NCBI GenBank assembly: GCA_016235825.1
Contig: JACRIL010000152.1
Coordinates: 53,414 to 117,413, forward strand
Source of the DNA: Planctomycetota bacterium
GTDB lineage: Bacteria; Planctomycetota; Phycisphaerae; SM23-33
Direction of reading: 5' to 3'
Length of the DNA: 64,000 nt
Part shown: positions 1 to 9,069 of the stretch, piece after piece
How positions within the stretch are numbered: the first letter of the stretch is position 1
Layout: each line of letters begins with the position of its first letter
Notes under the pieces: generated by a model
What the model was told of the DNA's origin: nothing
Database searches by the model: none
Seen by the model: only the letters and a program-made list of their open reading frames with translations
Made by a program: the position numbers and the translations under genes

Positions 1-49
1 GTACCGAGAGGCCAATGTTTTTTTGGTTTCCGCATATTCATACCGCCAG

Positions 50-469
50 TTATACGAAACATCTCCGGCGTCCATTCACTGTCAGGCTCAGACTCCGCCG
101 TTTTTCCCTGCGGCGCCGGTTGTATTCCGCCCGCTGTTGGGCAGGCATGTTGGCGAAATACGCCTTGTTGCACGCCAGCTTTTTCGCCTTGCGGGCGGCG
201 TAGTATCGTCGGGCGTATTTCCGCTTTCTTTCCTTTTCGGCCTCGATCTCTTCAGGCGTCTTTGGCAACAGGTGTTTCTTCCATCGCTTGGGGCATACCT
301 TCACTGCGGCCTTATCCGCCCGGATGCACGCCTGCCGGGCATCCTGAATCTCCGCCCGGCGGATATGCCCGGCTATCCGCTCTTCATGTCCGGGGCAATC
401 GTGCGAAGCCCCGGCGAGCGGCGGACCGGCCAGCAGGACAAGCCCTTTTGCGCGGATGATTTCTTTCAT
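50..469 (-). CDS. Hypothetical highly basic protein (Lys/Arg-rich C-terminus), phage-associated
   Basis: 139-aa ORF, 4-nt overlap with the downstream minus-strand lipoprotein ORF; C-terminal KR-rich tail typical of nucleic-acid-binding phage proteins. No recognisable motif. Confidence 0.3.
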   Translation of the reverse strand: MKEIIRAKGLVLLAGPPLAGASHDCPGHEERIAGHIRRAEIQDARQACIRADKAAVKVCPKRWKKHLLPKTPEEIEAEKERKRKYARRYYAARKAKKLACNKAYFANMPAQQRAEYNRRRREKRRSLSLTVNGRRRCFV

Positions 470-891
470 TGCCGGCCCTCGCTCGCCAAAGACGATCTCT
501 CATTTATGCCCGGTCCGACAGGCGCCGTCGCCGGCAGGGGCACGGGTGCGAAATCCGTCAGCAGCATCGGCTGCGTTGACGGTTCAGTGATCGGCGTGAT
601 TTTGTACATAATGGTCGAACTGCTGCCGATGTGCAGAATTTCATAGACCTCCGCCGGCGGCTGCCAGGTGCAGGTCGATACCCGGCCGTTGTGATTCGCA
701 ACCAGGTAGCACGTGCCCTGGCTCTTCCAGAAAATCTTGCCGGTTATCATCCCGTTGCCGTCGGCGTCAACCGGCGAAGGCGGGTTGCAGCCGGATAGGA
801 AGACTCCCAGGAACAGGAGGAGTGCTATGATCCCATAAGTGATGATGGTAATTATTTCCGCGCGCCGAAGCGTCCATGCTATTTTTTTCAT
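466..891 (-). CDS. Small lipoprotein (signal peptide + lipobox Cys)
   Basis: Internal start MKKIAWTLRRAEIITIITYGIIALLLFLGVFLSGC (ATG at 891) inside the 272-aa composite ORF 466-1284; hydrophobic h-region followed by LSGC lipobox. Confidence 0.35.
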   Translation of the reverse strand: MKKIAWTLRRAEIITIITYGIIALLLFLGVFLSGCNPPSPVDADGNGMITGKIFWKSQGTCYLVANHNGRVSTCTWQPPAEVYEILHIGSSSTIMYKITPITEPSTQPMLLTDFAPVPLPATAPVGPGINERSSLASEGRQ

Positions 892-1273
892 TATCAGTCT
901 CCCTATCTGATCTTCCCGAGTTGGACGATCTTCATTTGCGTTTCGAGCTTTGCCAGGCGTTGGGCGATGTCCTGGAAAATCTTCATCTTTTTCCCGCTCC
1001 ATCGCCGCGTGAATCTGATAGTGAATCTGCTCGAACATCGTCGGGACGCGCGGCAGGCCTTGCAGGATGTCGTAAAGTTTGTTTTCGCTCATCGTCCGTC
1101 TTTCGATTTGGGCCTCAACAATCCCCCAAAATTCCAACGCCAGAACTTGCAGGGCCGCGTGTCCTTCGTCGTGCAGACCATTTTCAGGGCGCACTTGGGC
1201 AGGTCGGCCAGACAATCCCCGCAGCCGGATTTCTCGACCTGAAGGAAAAGGCGGCATGTCCGGCAGGTGCGGA

Positions 1274-1672
1274 TCATGGTTCAATCTCCACGGCCACGCC
1301 GTACTTGCCCATGTAGAGTTTGGCCTTTTCCCAATTCAACGGGCGCCGCTGCTCGTATTTCCATGTCAGCCGTTTATCGCCGTCGTCAAGGCCCAGGGCG
1401 TCGGCTATGCCGTCCCTGACAGCCTTGAAAGATCGCGCAAGGTTGTCGGTATCAAGATCGTGGGGGGCGACGCGGGTTAGAATTATCGCCATTCGGTTTT
1501 TCGGGAGCTGTTTCGGCGACGCGGCCCATGCTGTCAACCGCTGTGCCTTCGCCCGCTTGGCCTTCACCGCCCAGTGCTCGCGGGCGTTGGCCTCGCTGAC
1601 AGTCTTTATCGGGATGAAGAATTCAATCTTTTCGGTCATTGGCGGGGCCTCCGTGCCCTTTGTCAAATTCAT
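1274..1672 (-). CDS. rusA: RusA-like Holliday junction resolvase (phage)
   Basis: 132 aa; motif LDTDNLARSFKAVRDGIADALGLDD resembles the RusA catalytic Asp-cluster region (RRDLDN..DAL..G...DD). Confidence 0.55.
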   Translation of the reverse strand: MNLTKGTEAPPMTEKIEFFIPIKTVSEANAREHWAVKAKRAKAQRLTAWAASPKQLPKNRMAIILTRVAPHDLDTDNLARSFKAVRDGIADALGLDDGDKRLTWKYEQRRPLNWEKAKLYMGKYGVAVEIEP

Positions 1673-2024
1673 GCCAGCCGATAACGCCCAGAATCGTGTC
1701 GCCTATCAGCGGATGCTCATGCGTGTCTATAAAATGTCGGCGTTCCTTGCACGCGCCTTTGGAATTCCGCCAACCGGACAGCATCAAAATCCTGTCGGCC
1801 TTTTCCACGAGCGGCAGATCGCGGGCTTCATATTGTTCGGTCGTCAAGGGCGGCTCGCCTTCGCCGTGGAAATTATCCAGTTCTACGTCCATGCGGGCCG
1901 GGTTGATTACGTCAAATCCCAGATTTTTAAGACGCTCTTCCACCTCAAAAAACGCCGGGAAGTTGAACTTTGGATAGCCGGTCATGGGGCCGGCAATATA
2001 CACGATTGTTTTTTTCCCGCTCAT
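1623..2024 (-). CDS. DUF4406 / nucleoside 2-deoxyribosyltransferase-like phage protein
   Basis: 133 aa beginning IVYIAGPMTGYPKFNF, the signature N-terminus of the DUF4406/NDT-like family common in phage replication modules. Confidence 0.55.
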   Translation of the reverse strand: MSGKKTIVYIAGPMTGYPKFNFPAFFEVEERLKNLGFDVINPARMDVELDNFHGEGEPPLTTEQYEARDLPLVEKADRILMLSGWRNSKGACKERRHFIDTHEHPLIGDTILGVIGWHEFDKGHGGPANDRKD

Positions 2025-2446
2025 GCCTGCACCACCTTTTCGATTGTGGTTTCGCGGTTTGCCGGGGCGGCCAGGAAAAACGTCAGCAGGCCCGATGCCC
2101 CGACCAGGGCGAAGACGATCAGAATGGAAAACGCCGCCAGCCAGTTCGCCTTTTTGCGGATTCTTACCCGTCGTGTTCTGGTCCGCCGGCGGCGATAGAT
2201 TTTTGTGCTAGTCCCGGCCGTCCAGACATTTTCCGGCCGGTAAAATAATCTATGGCCGCAGGATAGGCATGTCCAAAAACCCTTGCGCCGCGGGTCGGCG
2301 TCGAAGCGTCCGCCCTCGTCCCGGCGGGCGGCGCATCGCGGGCAGCGCAGGCCCTTCTTTCGGCCCGGACGGGTTGCCGGACGATCCGGAACCAGGACGG
2401 GAAAGCCACCCTGCGGCGAAAATATTTCAATGCTGCGGAAGTTCAT
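2021..2446 (-). CDS. Membrane-anchored zinc-ribbon protein
   Basis: N-terminal TM helix (WLAAFSILIVFALVGASGLLTFFL) and CPRC...CLSCGH zinc-ribbon; overlaps neighbours by 4 nt (operon). Confidence 0.3.
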   Translation of the reverse strand: MNFRSIEIFSPQGGFPVLVPDRPATRPGRKKGLRCPRCAARRDEGGRFDADPRRKGFWTCLSCGHRLFYRPENVWTAGTSTKIYRRRRTRTRRVRIRKKANWLAAFSILIVFALVGASGLLTFFLAAPANRETTIEKVVQA

Positions 2447-3372
2447 TTTTCGGCAACCCCGCTTCCGGCCAGCAGCGGCATTTTGGGGGATGAAAAATTT
2501 TCCGCCGTGAAACTCGGCCCGTTAATCAGCAGGACCTCGACGGCTGTTGCTTGACTCTTCCCTCGTTGGCCGCCATGCGCCATGGCCTTGCTGACCTCGA
2601 TGCAGACGCGAGACCAGCGGTCCGGCGGGTAAAGTTCGGCGAGCATCGGATGGTCGTAGTAGCTCACAACCACGCGGGCATGGCGGAATCGACCAATCGC
2701 CTTTGAAAGTTTTTCGTGGTCCCCCTCGTCAAAATCATGCAGATACTTCGCCCCCTTGACCAGATACGGCGGGTCGCAGTAGATCGCGATCCCGGGCGCA
2801 TCGTCAATTTTCGGCAGGATGTCAAAAACATCCCGTCGCAGGATGGTTACATTGCGAAGCCGTTTATGCCATGCGGGGATCGAAACTTTCACCGAATCCC
2901 ATCGTTTGGCCGCGTGCCCGCCGTTGGCAGTGTATCGAACGCAAAAATGGCTGTTGTAACTTGCGGTCCCGGCCGCTCCGTTCCGACCAAGCCAGGCCGT
3001 CAGCAGGTAATGAAACGCCCGGTCCAGGTCGGGTGCGTCCGAATCAAACGGCCCCGATCTGATAACGGCGATGGAATCCTCAAAGCAGACATCGCTCATC
3101 AACACACGCCTCGCCCGGCGATATAGCCGGCAGGCCAGTTTCGGGACCGCAAGCACGCGGGCCAGATTGGTCAGATCGCCGTGAAGATCGACGACTGACT
3201 CCATGACGCACGGCGGTTTGAGCAGCAGTTCCGGCATCGACCCGCAGCAGAGGCCCCAGTAAATCCGATGCGGGCCCAACTCCGCGACTATCAGCGGGGC
3301 GAGGTTCCGCTTGCCGCCGAACCACGGGCAAATAGCTTTAATAGGCATGTCGTCAGATTTTGCCATCGGCAT
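2443..3372 (-). CDS. DNA N6-adenine methyltransferase, Dam-like (D12 class)
   Basis: 309 aa; N-terminal CPWFGGKRNLAPLI (cf. Dam KWAGGK SAM-binding region) and catalytic motif IV DPPY (IAIYCDPPYL). Confidence 0.7.
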   Translation of the reverse strand: MPMAKSDDMPIKAICPWFGGKRNLAPLIVAELGPHRIYWGLCCGSMPELLLKPPCVMESVVDLHGDLTNLARVLAVPKLACRLYRRARRVLMSDVCFEDSIAVIRSGPFDSDAPDLDRAFHYLLTAWLGRNGAAGTASYNSHFCVRYTANGGHAAKRWDSVKVSIPAWHKRLRNVTILRRDVFDILPKIDDAPGIAIYCDPPYLVKGAKYLHDFDEGDHEKLSKAIGRFRHARVVVSYYDHPMLAELYPPDRWSRVCIEVSKAMAHGGQRGKSQATAVEVLLINGPSFTAENFSSPKMPLLAGSGVAEK

Positions 3373-3662
3373 CCGTGCCTTTCTGTTTTTTATGTCCGGC
3401 CTTTTCGTCCCTCTCGATCCTGGCGGCGATTATTTCCATTGTCTTGATCTGGTTTTCCTCCGCGTCCGTCAGGCAGAGCCGGGCGTAATTCCTGCGGATG
3501 ATCCGCAAGGCCGATCTCAAGGCCATCGCGAGGACCTGGATTTTCCTGTCGCCTCTCATAAGAATCCTTTCATTGCAGCGGGTGGTGCTCGAAACCACTT
3601 GCATCGCCGGCGGGCCAGGCCAAAGCCTTCCCTCGCTGCACGCATTTCAGTTTCCCGAGGCC

Positions 3663-4325
3663 TCAAAACGGGATGATCTTCGCCGGCCCTTCGGCCTGCA
3701 CTTCCGCCCACTCGGCGGCTGTGAGCTGGCTGGTTTTTTTGCCGGGGAACATTTCAACGAGAATCCGGAACCACTCTTTTTCGATGGACTCCGGGTTCCA
3801 TCTGGGCGCGGGGCAGTGTTTGCAGAATTCCGACCAGGCCGCATTTTTCGCGTCCCCCGTGTTTTCGGGCGGCGGCGGAGGCGGCGGCGCTTTTGCGGCG
3901 GGTCCGGCGGCGGGCCTGGCGGCGGCCGCGGCCTTCCACCGGCTGTTCAGTTTGCGGATAACGTCGGACGCGGCCTTGTCGGGCGCGCCGGTTCCGCCGC
4001 CGGCCAGGTCCCATTTCTCGCGGGTTTTGCCCTCATATGTGTCATGCCGGCACTCAAACAGCGCCGGTTCGCGCGTGAATTCCGGCGCGTCAAAATCGCC
4101 GTTGAACGCCAGCCGATTCAGCTTTTCCTGCGTATAGCCCCAGGCCGCGTCGGTCAGGGCGAGATATGCCGTCCGCTGTTCCGGCTGGATTTTCTCCCAC
4201 TCGCCGGCGGCGTTGGCGACGTGCTCAACCTGAATATGAATCGCGATCTGCGGCGTTTTTTTGGCGGACGATTCGCAGGTCGTCGCGCCCACGACCACGC
4301 CCGAATACGTTCCTTCAAGCATCAT
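3663..4325 (-). CDS. Hypothetical phage protein, possibly SSB/annealing-like partner of the Sak4 ATPase
   Basis: 220 aa, immediately downstream of and overlapping the Sak4-like ATPase gene; PPPPPPP linker and acidic C-terminus. Functional guess only from synteny (AAA_24 + nuclease + SSB-like modules in phages). Confidence 0.3.
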   Translation of the reverse strand: MMLEGTYSGVVVGATTCESSAKKTPQIAIHIQVEHVANAAGEWEKIQPEQRTAYLALTDAAWGYTQEKLNRLAFNGDFDAPEFTREPALFECRHDTYEGKTREKWDLAGGGTGAPDKAASDVIRKLNSRWKAAAAARPAAGPAAKAPPPPPPPENTGDAKNAAWSEFCKHCPAPRWNPESIEKEWFRILVEMFPGKKTSQLTAAEWAEVQAEGPAKIIPF

Positions 4326-5205
4326 GGTTGATTCCTTTCATAATTGTCTGCCAGACTTGCGCCGGGTCATTCGGGATGTCCAGGACTTCCGGCATCCCGA
4401 AACGGTTCTTGGCGTCGAAGGCGTCCCGCCGCTCCGTATACAACACGCGCGACGTTCCGCCGATGCCCTTTCCGCGGCGGAGTTGTTCGCTCTTGCGGGC
4501 CTCCTGCGGGCCGGTTATGACGATGGTTTCAAACGTGCCGAACAGAACCGCGTCGGCCCATTTGTGCGTGCACGCCCAGGTCTTGTGGTGCACGTCGCTG
4601 GAGAATCTGTCGTAATCCGCGCCCATCGGATTTTTGGTGGTTACGACTTTCGCGTGCGACAGCAGGACAACATGCGTTCCGTTCTGCCGGACGGCTTCCA
4701 GGCGGGCCAGCATTGCCAGCCAGTCAGTAACCGAAAGATCGTAACCCCGCATGTACGCCCCAAAGCCCCGCTCGCCCCACTCGCCGTTGAAGTCGCGGGC
4801 GCAGACCGCCTCATGGCAGAGCCGTTCCGCGCCGCTCAGGGCGTCGATGGCCAGCACGTCATAGCCGCCGCCGGCCGCGTCGGCGATCACGGCCAGCAGG
4901 TCCGGCCATGCCTTGACCTGCACGGCGTCCACCGACGGCACACGGCCGGCCGACAAAAGGGTTTCGTAGCCGGTTTCATCCCGGCATTCGACGATGGCAA
5001 CCTTGCCGGCATGCGCGGCGGCGGATGTTTTTCCCCAGCCTTCCACGCCGATCAGGACGACCCGGTGCCCAACTTTGGCGGGCGTGATTCTGCTGAATCG
5101 CGGATGCGTGCCTGTCGCAACTGTCGGTTTGTTGGCCGATTGCCTTGGCGGCGGCGCTTTTCCCATAGTCGCTGGCGGCGGTGGTTTAGTCGGTGCAGTG
5201 GTCAT
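4315..5205 (-). CDS. Sak4-like / AAA_24 family recombination ATPase (RecA-fold)
   Basis: 296 aa; Walker A VLIGVEGWGKTS, Walker B-like VLAIDALS; position next to a Cas4-like nuclease as in phage recombination modules. Confidence 0.6.
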   Translation of the reverse strand: MTTAPTKPPPPATMGKAPPPRQSANKPTVATGTHPRFSRITPAKVGHRVVLIGVEGWGKTSAAAHAGKVAIVECRDETGYETLLSAGRVPSVDAVQVKAWPDLLAVIADAAGGGYDVLAIDALSGAERLCHEAVCARDFNGEWGERGFGAYMRGYDLSVTDWLAMLARLEAVRQNGTHVVLLSHAKVVTTKNPMGADYDRFSSDVHHKTWACTHKWADAVLFGTFETIVITGPQEARKSEQLRRGKGIGGTSRVLYTERRDAFDAKNRFGMPEVLDIPNDPAQVWQTIMKGINHDA

Positions 5206-6119
5206 AATAATAGCTCCTCATGTAGTTTTTCGGCGATTCGGTATCCGTCGGGAGCGCCTCCCGGTTCCGGTATCGCGCCGGTGGTGCACAGGTCGAAAAA
5301 TTCGCATCGGCCGAACATGCCGACACACGATGATGTATTCTGTGGCCACTGCTTCCAGCGGGCGCAGAGGCGGTACATTTTCACCACTTGGGCAAGCTGC
5401 TCAACAAACTCATCCATGTCGCCGGCCAGACGGGTGATTTCGCGGCGGACGAAATATTTGTCCGGGTTCGCCTGCACGTCCTCGCTGAGCCGTTTGGCGT
5501 AATCGTCCGGGGTTTCAGTTTGTTTGATTCGGATCGTGGGTTTGCGGGTTACGTCGTACAGGACCGTCGCGGCATTAGTGCCGGCCCGCTGCGCGGCCAG
5601 ATAGTACATGTTGATCTGGCTGTCGATCCTGAGCCGCTGCCAGTAATCAGAGTCCGAGCCAAGATCGACTCCGCATGTTTTGTGCTCCACGATGGCCTTG
5701 CGGCCGTCGGGCAGGGTGGCCGTGCCGTCGATCTTGCCGGCAAGTGTGACGCCGGCCATGCGTTTGAACAAAATCGAAAATTCATATTCGCTGGCGTCAT
5801 ATGCAATGGCGTCGGAGCCGTATCGCCAGGCGTACATCTGGGCCATAACGTACAGGCCGGTCCGCTGGGTCAGATTGTCCTCGACCTCGATCCGGCTTTC
5901 ATCCCAGGCCGCAAGGGCGGCGTCGGCGGGGTTTGTCTCGCCGCGTTTCATGGCGTCCAACCCGGCGTGAAACGCCTTGCCCCACGCCAGCGGCATTGAT
6001 TCGCGGTCGCGGCGCAGCCGGCAGCCGTATCGCAGCAGGCACTTTCGCGGGCAGGCCTGGAAGCACGCCATCATGCTGTGGGTCAGGCGCAGGATTTTTG
6101 GTTCGGCCGCGGTTATCAT
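5202..6119 (-). CDS. Cas4-like PD-(D/E)XK nuclease with Fe-S Cys cluster (DUF2800-like phage exonuclease)
   Basis: 305 aa; N-terminal CFQACPRKC, C-terminal CARW...C...GRCEFFDLC cysteines, central D/E-x-K segments; 4-nt overlap with Sak4-like gene. Confidence 0.55.
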   Translation of the reverse strand: MITAAEPKILRLTHSMMACFQACPRKCLLRYGCRLRRDRESMPLAWGKAFHAGLDAMKRGETNPADAALAAWDESRIEVEDNLTQRTGLYVMAQMYAWRYGSDAIAYDASEYEFSILFKRMAGVTLAGKIDGTATLPDGRKAIVEHKTCGVDLGSDSDYWQRLRIDSQINMYYLAAQRAGTNAATVLYDVTRKPTIRIKQTETPDDYAKRLSEDVQANPDKYFVRREITRLAGDMDEFVEQLAQVVKMYRLCARWKQWPQNTSSCVGMFGRCEFFDLCTTGAIPEPGGAPDGYRIAEKLHEELLL

Positions 6120-6991
6120 TTTTTCGCCGGTTTTCTTTCCTTAGCCCAAAAATGTTCCACTGCGTCCTCGATCTGCTGCCTGCCCCGCTCGCCCAGGCCC
6201 TTGATGTCCTTGGCCCAGAACTCGCCCTTTTTCTTCTGCCAGTCGGCCAGCGCGCCGAGATTCACGATTGGAGGATTGTGCTCGGCCAGGGCGGTGATGA
6301 CTCTTTGCGAGATCATGGCCCGGCCGTTGGTTTTCCGCAGTTCAACCAGCGCGACTTCCCGCCAGGAATCACCTTCCGGTTTATCAGATTCATCCTCAGG
6401 CTTATCAGGTTTCGGCACAGCCGGATCGGCCTTGCCGAACAGCGGCATCTCCGCATCGCGTTCCGACATTGCGCGGGCAGCGGATTTCCAGGCCATGTCC
6501 GCGACTTCCATCCTGTCCTTCGCATCCTTTGCCTGCTCGTGGAGGGTCTCATAATTTTTCGCGGCCTCATCGTAGGCCCGCAGCGCGTCCTTCATGCGGG
6601 CCTGAAGATCGTCAGCCTCGCCAAGCTGCTTTCCGACTTCGGCCAGGGCCTTGTCTGCGGCGGGCGCCGGGGCCTCGACGGCCTCTGGCGCGTCGTCCAG
6701 CGAAGCCGGGTCCGTGTAGCCGGTGCAGTGCGGGGCGAATTTCTTGTTCCACTCGTCCCGGAAAATCCGCTCGTCCTGATCGTCCGCCGCGGCCAGAGGC
6801 CATTCCTCGCCCCCCGGCGTTACCAGAAGTATCATGTCGCCGTCGGGCCCGATGTATTTCAGCGCCGCCGGCATCGGCACGTCGTCTCCGTCGAGCATCG
6901 CGCCTTCGTCGAATTCAAACACGCGGCCGACGGGCGTTTTGTCGTCGATCAAACCATATGTCGTCTTTTTCTTTTCAGCAGTTTTCATCAT
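6116..6991 (-). CDS. Hypothetical phage protein (acidic, C-terminal HhH-like segment)
   Basis: 291-aa ORF with good coding periodicity, overlapping neighbours by 4 nt; no confident motif. Confidence 0.4.
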   Translation of the reverse strand: MMKTAEKKKTTYGLIDDKTPVGRVFEFDEGAMLDGDDVPMPAALKYIGPDGDMILLVTPGGEEWPLAAADDQDERIFRDEWNKKFAPHCTGYTDPASLDDAPEAVEAPAPAADKALAEVGKQLGEADDLQARMKDALRAYDEAAKNYETLHEQAKDAKDRMEVADMAWKSAARAMSERDAEMPLFGKADPAVPKPDKPEDESDKPEGDSWREVALVELRKTNGRAMISQRVITALAEHNPPIVNLGALADWQKKKGEFWAKDIKGLGERGRQQIEDAVEHFWAKERKPAKK

Positions 6992-7780
6992 TCAATCCTT
7001 TCCTTTCAATTCCGAAGTAACCAACGCCTCGACGTGCCGGGCGTAATCTGAATCTCTGTTTCCTCGCGGCCCGCCATTGTGAATTGCCGCCAACGTCCGC
7101 ACATCAAAGGTTCGCAGAGCGTCGGGGGCGTAACGCCGCCAGTATCTTTCGATAACCGTCCGGCAAACAACCGGGTCATTAACGTGTTTCAGATAGGGCA
7201 ATTTAACGCCCGAATCTTTCCAATATGCAGCGGATATTTGATAACAACCTCTGGACTTACCACCGTCGCCAATTGCTTCGGGGCCGGCGCCTTCGACCTG
7301 GCGGATTGCGTCAAGTATCGAGTTCAGGCAATGGTTTGAGGGGGCGCGTGAGGTCGCCCCCTCACCATTGGCAGAGCCTCTTGCAAGGAGCGAGATATTG
7401 GTAGGGCTTCCGGCAGCGGCGTCTAAAATAGTCCCGGCAGGACGGCCTGTCGCGGAGCAGGTCGTCTCTGCCGGCGGCTCGCCAGAGCCTCTGGATTCCG
7501 ATATAGCGGCGTCCACCTGTAAAACCTCACCGCCCTGGCCATGTTCCAGCCATATGTCGCCGCGAATTCCAGTGCCGAGTCTCGCGTCGGGAACGGCAGC
7601 GGCCAGGTCGATTCCCTGTGAACGGTCTTGCGATATTTCAGCAGCCAAAGCCGGGTTGACATTATGGGCCTCCTTGCCCGTTGTAAGCGTCCGTGCGATT
7701 CCGATTGCGATAAACCCCGCGAAGGCCAGCACGAGCCAGCCGGTTGAAGTCAGCGGAAAATGCAGGCGGGAGCGGGTCAT
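6992..7780 (-). CDS. Membrane-anchored lytic transglycosylase (SLT-domain)-like protein
   Basis: N-terminal TM helix; C-terminal region LNSILDAIRQVEGAGPEAIGDGGKSRGCYQIS resembles SLT catalytic-Glu region (..ESxxxxA..G.MQI). Confidence 0.4.
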   Translation of the reverse strand: MTRSRLHFPLTSTGWLVLAFAGFIAIGIARTLTTGKEAHNVNPALAAEISQDRSQGIDLAAAVPDARLGTGIRGDIWLEHGQGGEVLQVDAAISESRGSGEPPAETTCSATGRPAGTILDAAAGSPTNISLLARGSANGEGATSRAPSNHCLNSILDAIRQVEGAGPEAIGDGGKSRGCYQISAAYWKDSGVKLPYLKHVNDPVVCRTVIERYWRRYAPDALRTFDVRTLAAIHNGGPRGNRDSDYARHVEALVTSELKGKD

Positions 7781-8166
7781 TTTCCGCCCTCCGCCGCCTT
7801 GACCATCAATTCCCCGGCCTCAAGGAGCAGTTCGTTATCGTCGGCCATGTCAGTCAGGACCGCAGCCAGCAGGTGATCGCCGCCGGCCAGGGGTTCGCCA
7901 TCGATGTCGGAAACTACGCAATGCCCCTTGTCTGCCCGGCAGACCTCGATCTTTCTCATGCATATCTCACAGAGCTCGTCGGCGCAGTCTTCGGCGTCGT
8001 TATGGCAGCGGGGGCAGGAGACAGCCCATTCTTCCGGACTTTCCCTTGTGGCGGCGCAAGTTAACCGCCAAGACCATTCCTCGCCCCGGCCGACGAAACC
8101 GCATGGCACTGACTGGCCGCGAATCTTCCGGATCGTGTTGCAGCGGTACCATTTATCGCCGTTCAT
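7777..8166 (-). CDS. Cys-rich zinc-finger protein
   Basis: 129 aa with multiple CxxC pairs (CPRCHNDAEDCADELCEIC). Confidence 0.3.
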   Translation of the reverse strand: MNGDKWYRCNTIRKIRGQSVPCGFVGRGEEWSWRLTCAATRESPEEWAVSCPRCHNDAEDCADELCEICMRKIEVCRADKGHCVVSDIDGEPLAGGDHLLAAVLTDMADDNELLLEAGELMVKAAEGGK

Positions 8167-8441
8167 GTTTGCCTCTCCCGATTCAGTTTGACCAAGCCTT
8201 CGGCCACGGCCTCAGCCACGCCGGGACGGGAAAGCAACTCCCTCGCCCGGTCGGGGTCCGATGCCGATTTCGGCAAGCCGGGCAGGTTTTTCGGGGAAGG
8301 CTCGCAGCAGTCGTCGAGGCTGTCGTCTACCGGCCGGCCGCAGGACTTGCAGACCTTTTTGGGCGTGTTCGCCTTTTGGCGATTCATGGCACGCCGGAAG
8401 TGAAAAAGAGAGTTTTCGATCATGTCGGCTATTTCTGGCAT
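8163..8441 (-). CDS. Small zinc-ribbon protein
   Basis: 92 aa, CKSCGRPVDDSLDDCC motif; operon position between Xis-like and Zn-finger genes. Confidence 0.3.
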   Translation of the reverse strand: MPEIADMIENSLFHFRRAMNRQKANTPKKVCKSCGRPVDDSLDDCCEPSPKNLPGLPKSASDPDRARELLSRPGVAEAVAEGLVKLNRERQT

Positions 8442-8659
8442 GACAGTTCTCCCTCTTTTTTGGGGGGCGCGACGAGTATCCCCGTCTCCGACGCCCGGTT
8501 TATGAACCTGTCCAAGTCCGAGGACCGGTACAGGATTCGCCTGTCGCCGCGTATCTGCCTCAGCCCGCGTGCTATCATCCGGGGCCGATACCTCAGGAAT
8601 GTCCTGTGCGAGATGCCCAGACGCAGGCAGACCTCTTTTTCTCCGATCAACTGTTCCAT
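8429..8659 (-). CDS. Excisionase/AlpA-like HTH DNA-binding protein
   Basis: 76 aa; KEVCLRLGISHRTFLRYR is a classic Xis/AlpA/MerR-like HTH_17 segment. Confidence 0.5.
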   Translation of the reverse strand: MEQLIGEKEVCLRLGISHRTFLRYRPRMIARGLRQIRGDRRILYRSSDLDRFINRASETGILVAPPKKEGELSCQK

Positions 8660-9069
8660 TATGCGATTCTCCTTTTCAGGGATTTTTCAGGGAAAGACTT
8701 GACCTTTGAGGACGCGCCGGCACCGATCCCGGAAAAGGCCGGAAGGCGTTTTGCGGCGTCCAAAAGCCGTTTTCCCGCCCAGCGGTCGTATACTTGCCGG
8801 ATGAGCCTTGTAATGTGGCCGGCGACTCTGGAATCCCCGCTGGCGAAGAGCCTTGCCAGCCGCCCGGCAATCGCCTGGATGGATGCCGCCGCCTGATCTG
8901 CCCGGACGCCTCGCGCCACGAAATGCGGGGCCAGAATTTCCGAAACGAAGGCGTCGAGTTCTTCCTGCTTGCGTTTTGCACCGGCACCATTCAGTTTATG
9001 AAGGGCCGCAAGCTCGCCAGTTGACCACGGCGTCTCGCCGTATTTCGTTGACACCATCGGGATGATCTC
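8659..9069 (-). CDS. Hypothetical protein (genuine 3' part of a 566-aa composite ORF)
   Basis: Internal start MVSTKYGETPW...; only this C-terminal ~137 codons show protein-like composition; upstream part of the long ORF is low-complexity Arg/Pro/Ser typical of out-of-frame GC-rich DNA. Confidence 0.3.
   Translation of the reverse strand, partial: EIIPMVSTKYGETPWSTGELAALHKLNGAGAKRKQEELDAFVSEILAPHFVARGVRADQAAASIQAIAGRLARLFASGDSRVAGHITRLIRQVYDRWAGKRLLDAAKRLPAFSGIGAGASSKVKSFPEKSLKRRIA

Noticed and set aside
23-646. 207-aa plus-strand ORF at the window start
   Set aside because: Overlaps the minus-strand gene set that forms a coherent overlapping operon. The plus-frame translation is Pro/Arg/Gly-rich. 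It cannot be excluded but has no support.
466-1284. 272-aa ORF reported as a single protein
   Set aside because: Composite. A clear lipoprotein signal peptide begins at an internal Met (ATG 891). The upstream part (892-1284) has no convincing features and overlaps other frames, so only the 3' lipoprotein gene is called.
5933-7051. 372-aa plus-strand ORF overlapping 6116-6991
   Set aside because: Antisense to a better-behaved minus-strand ORF within the co-directional phage operon. Low-complexity R/G/P-rich translation.
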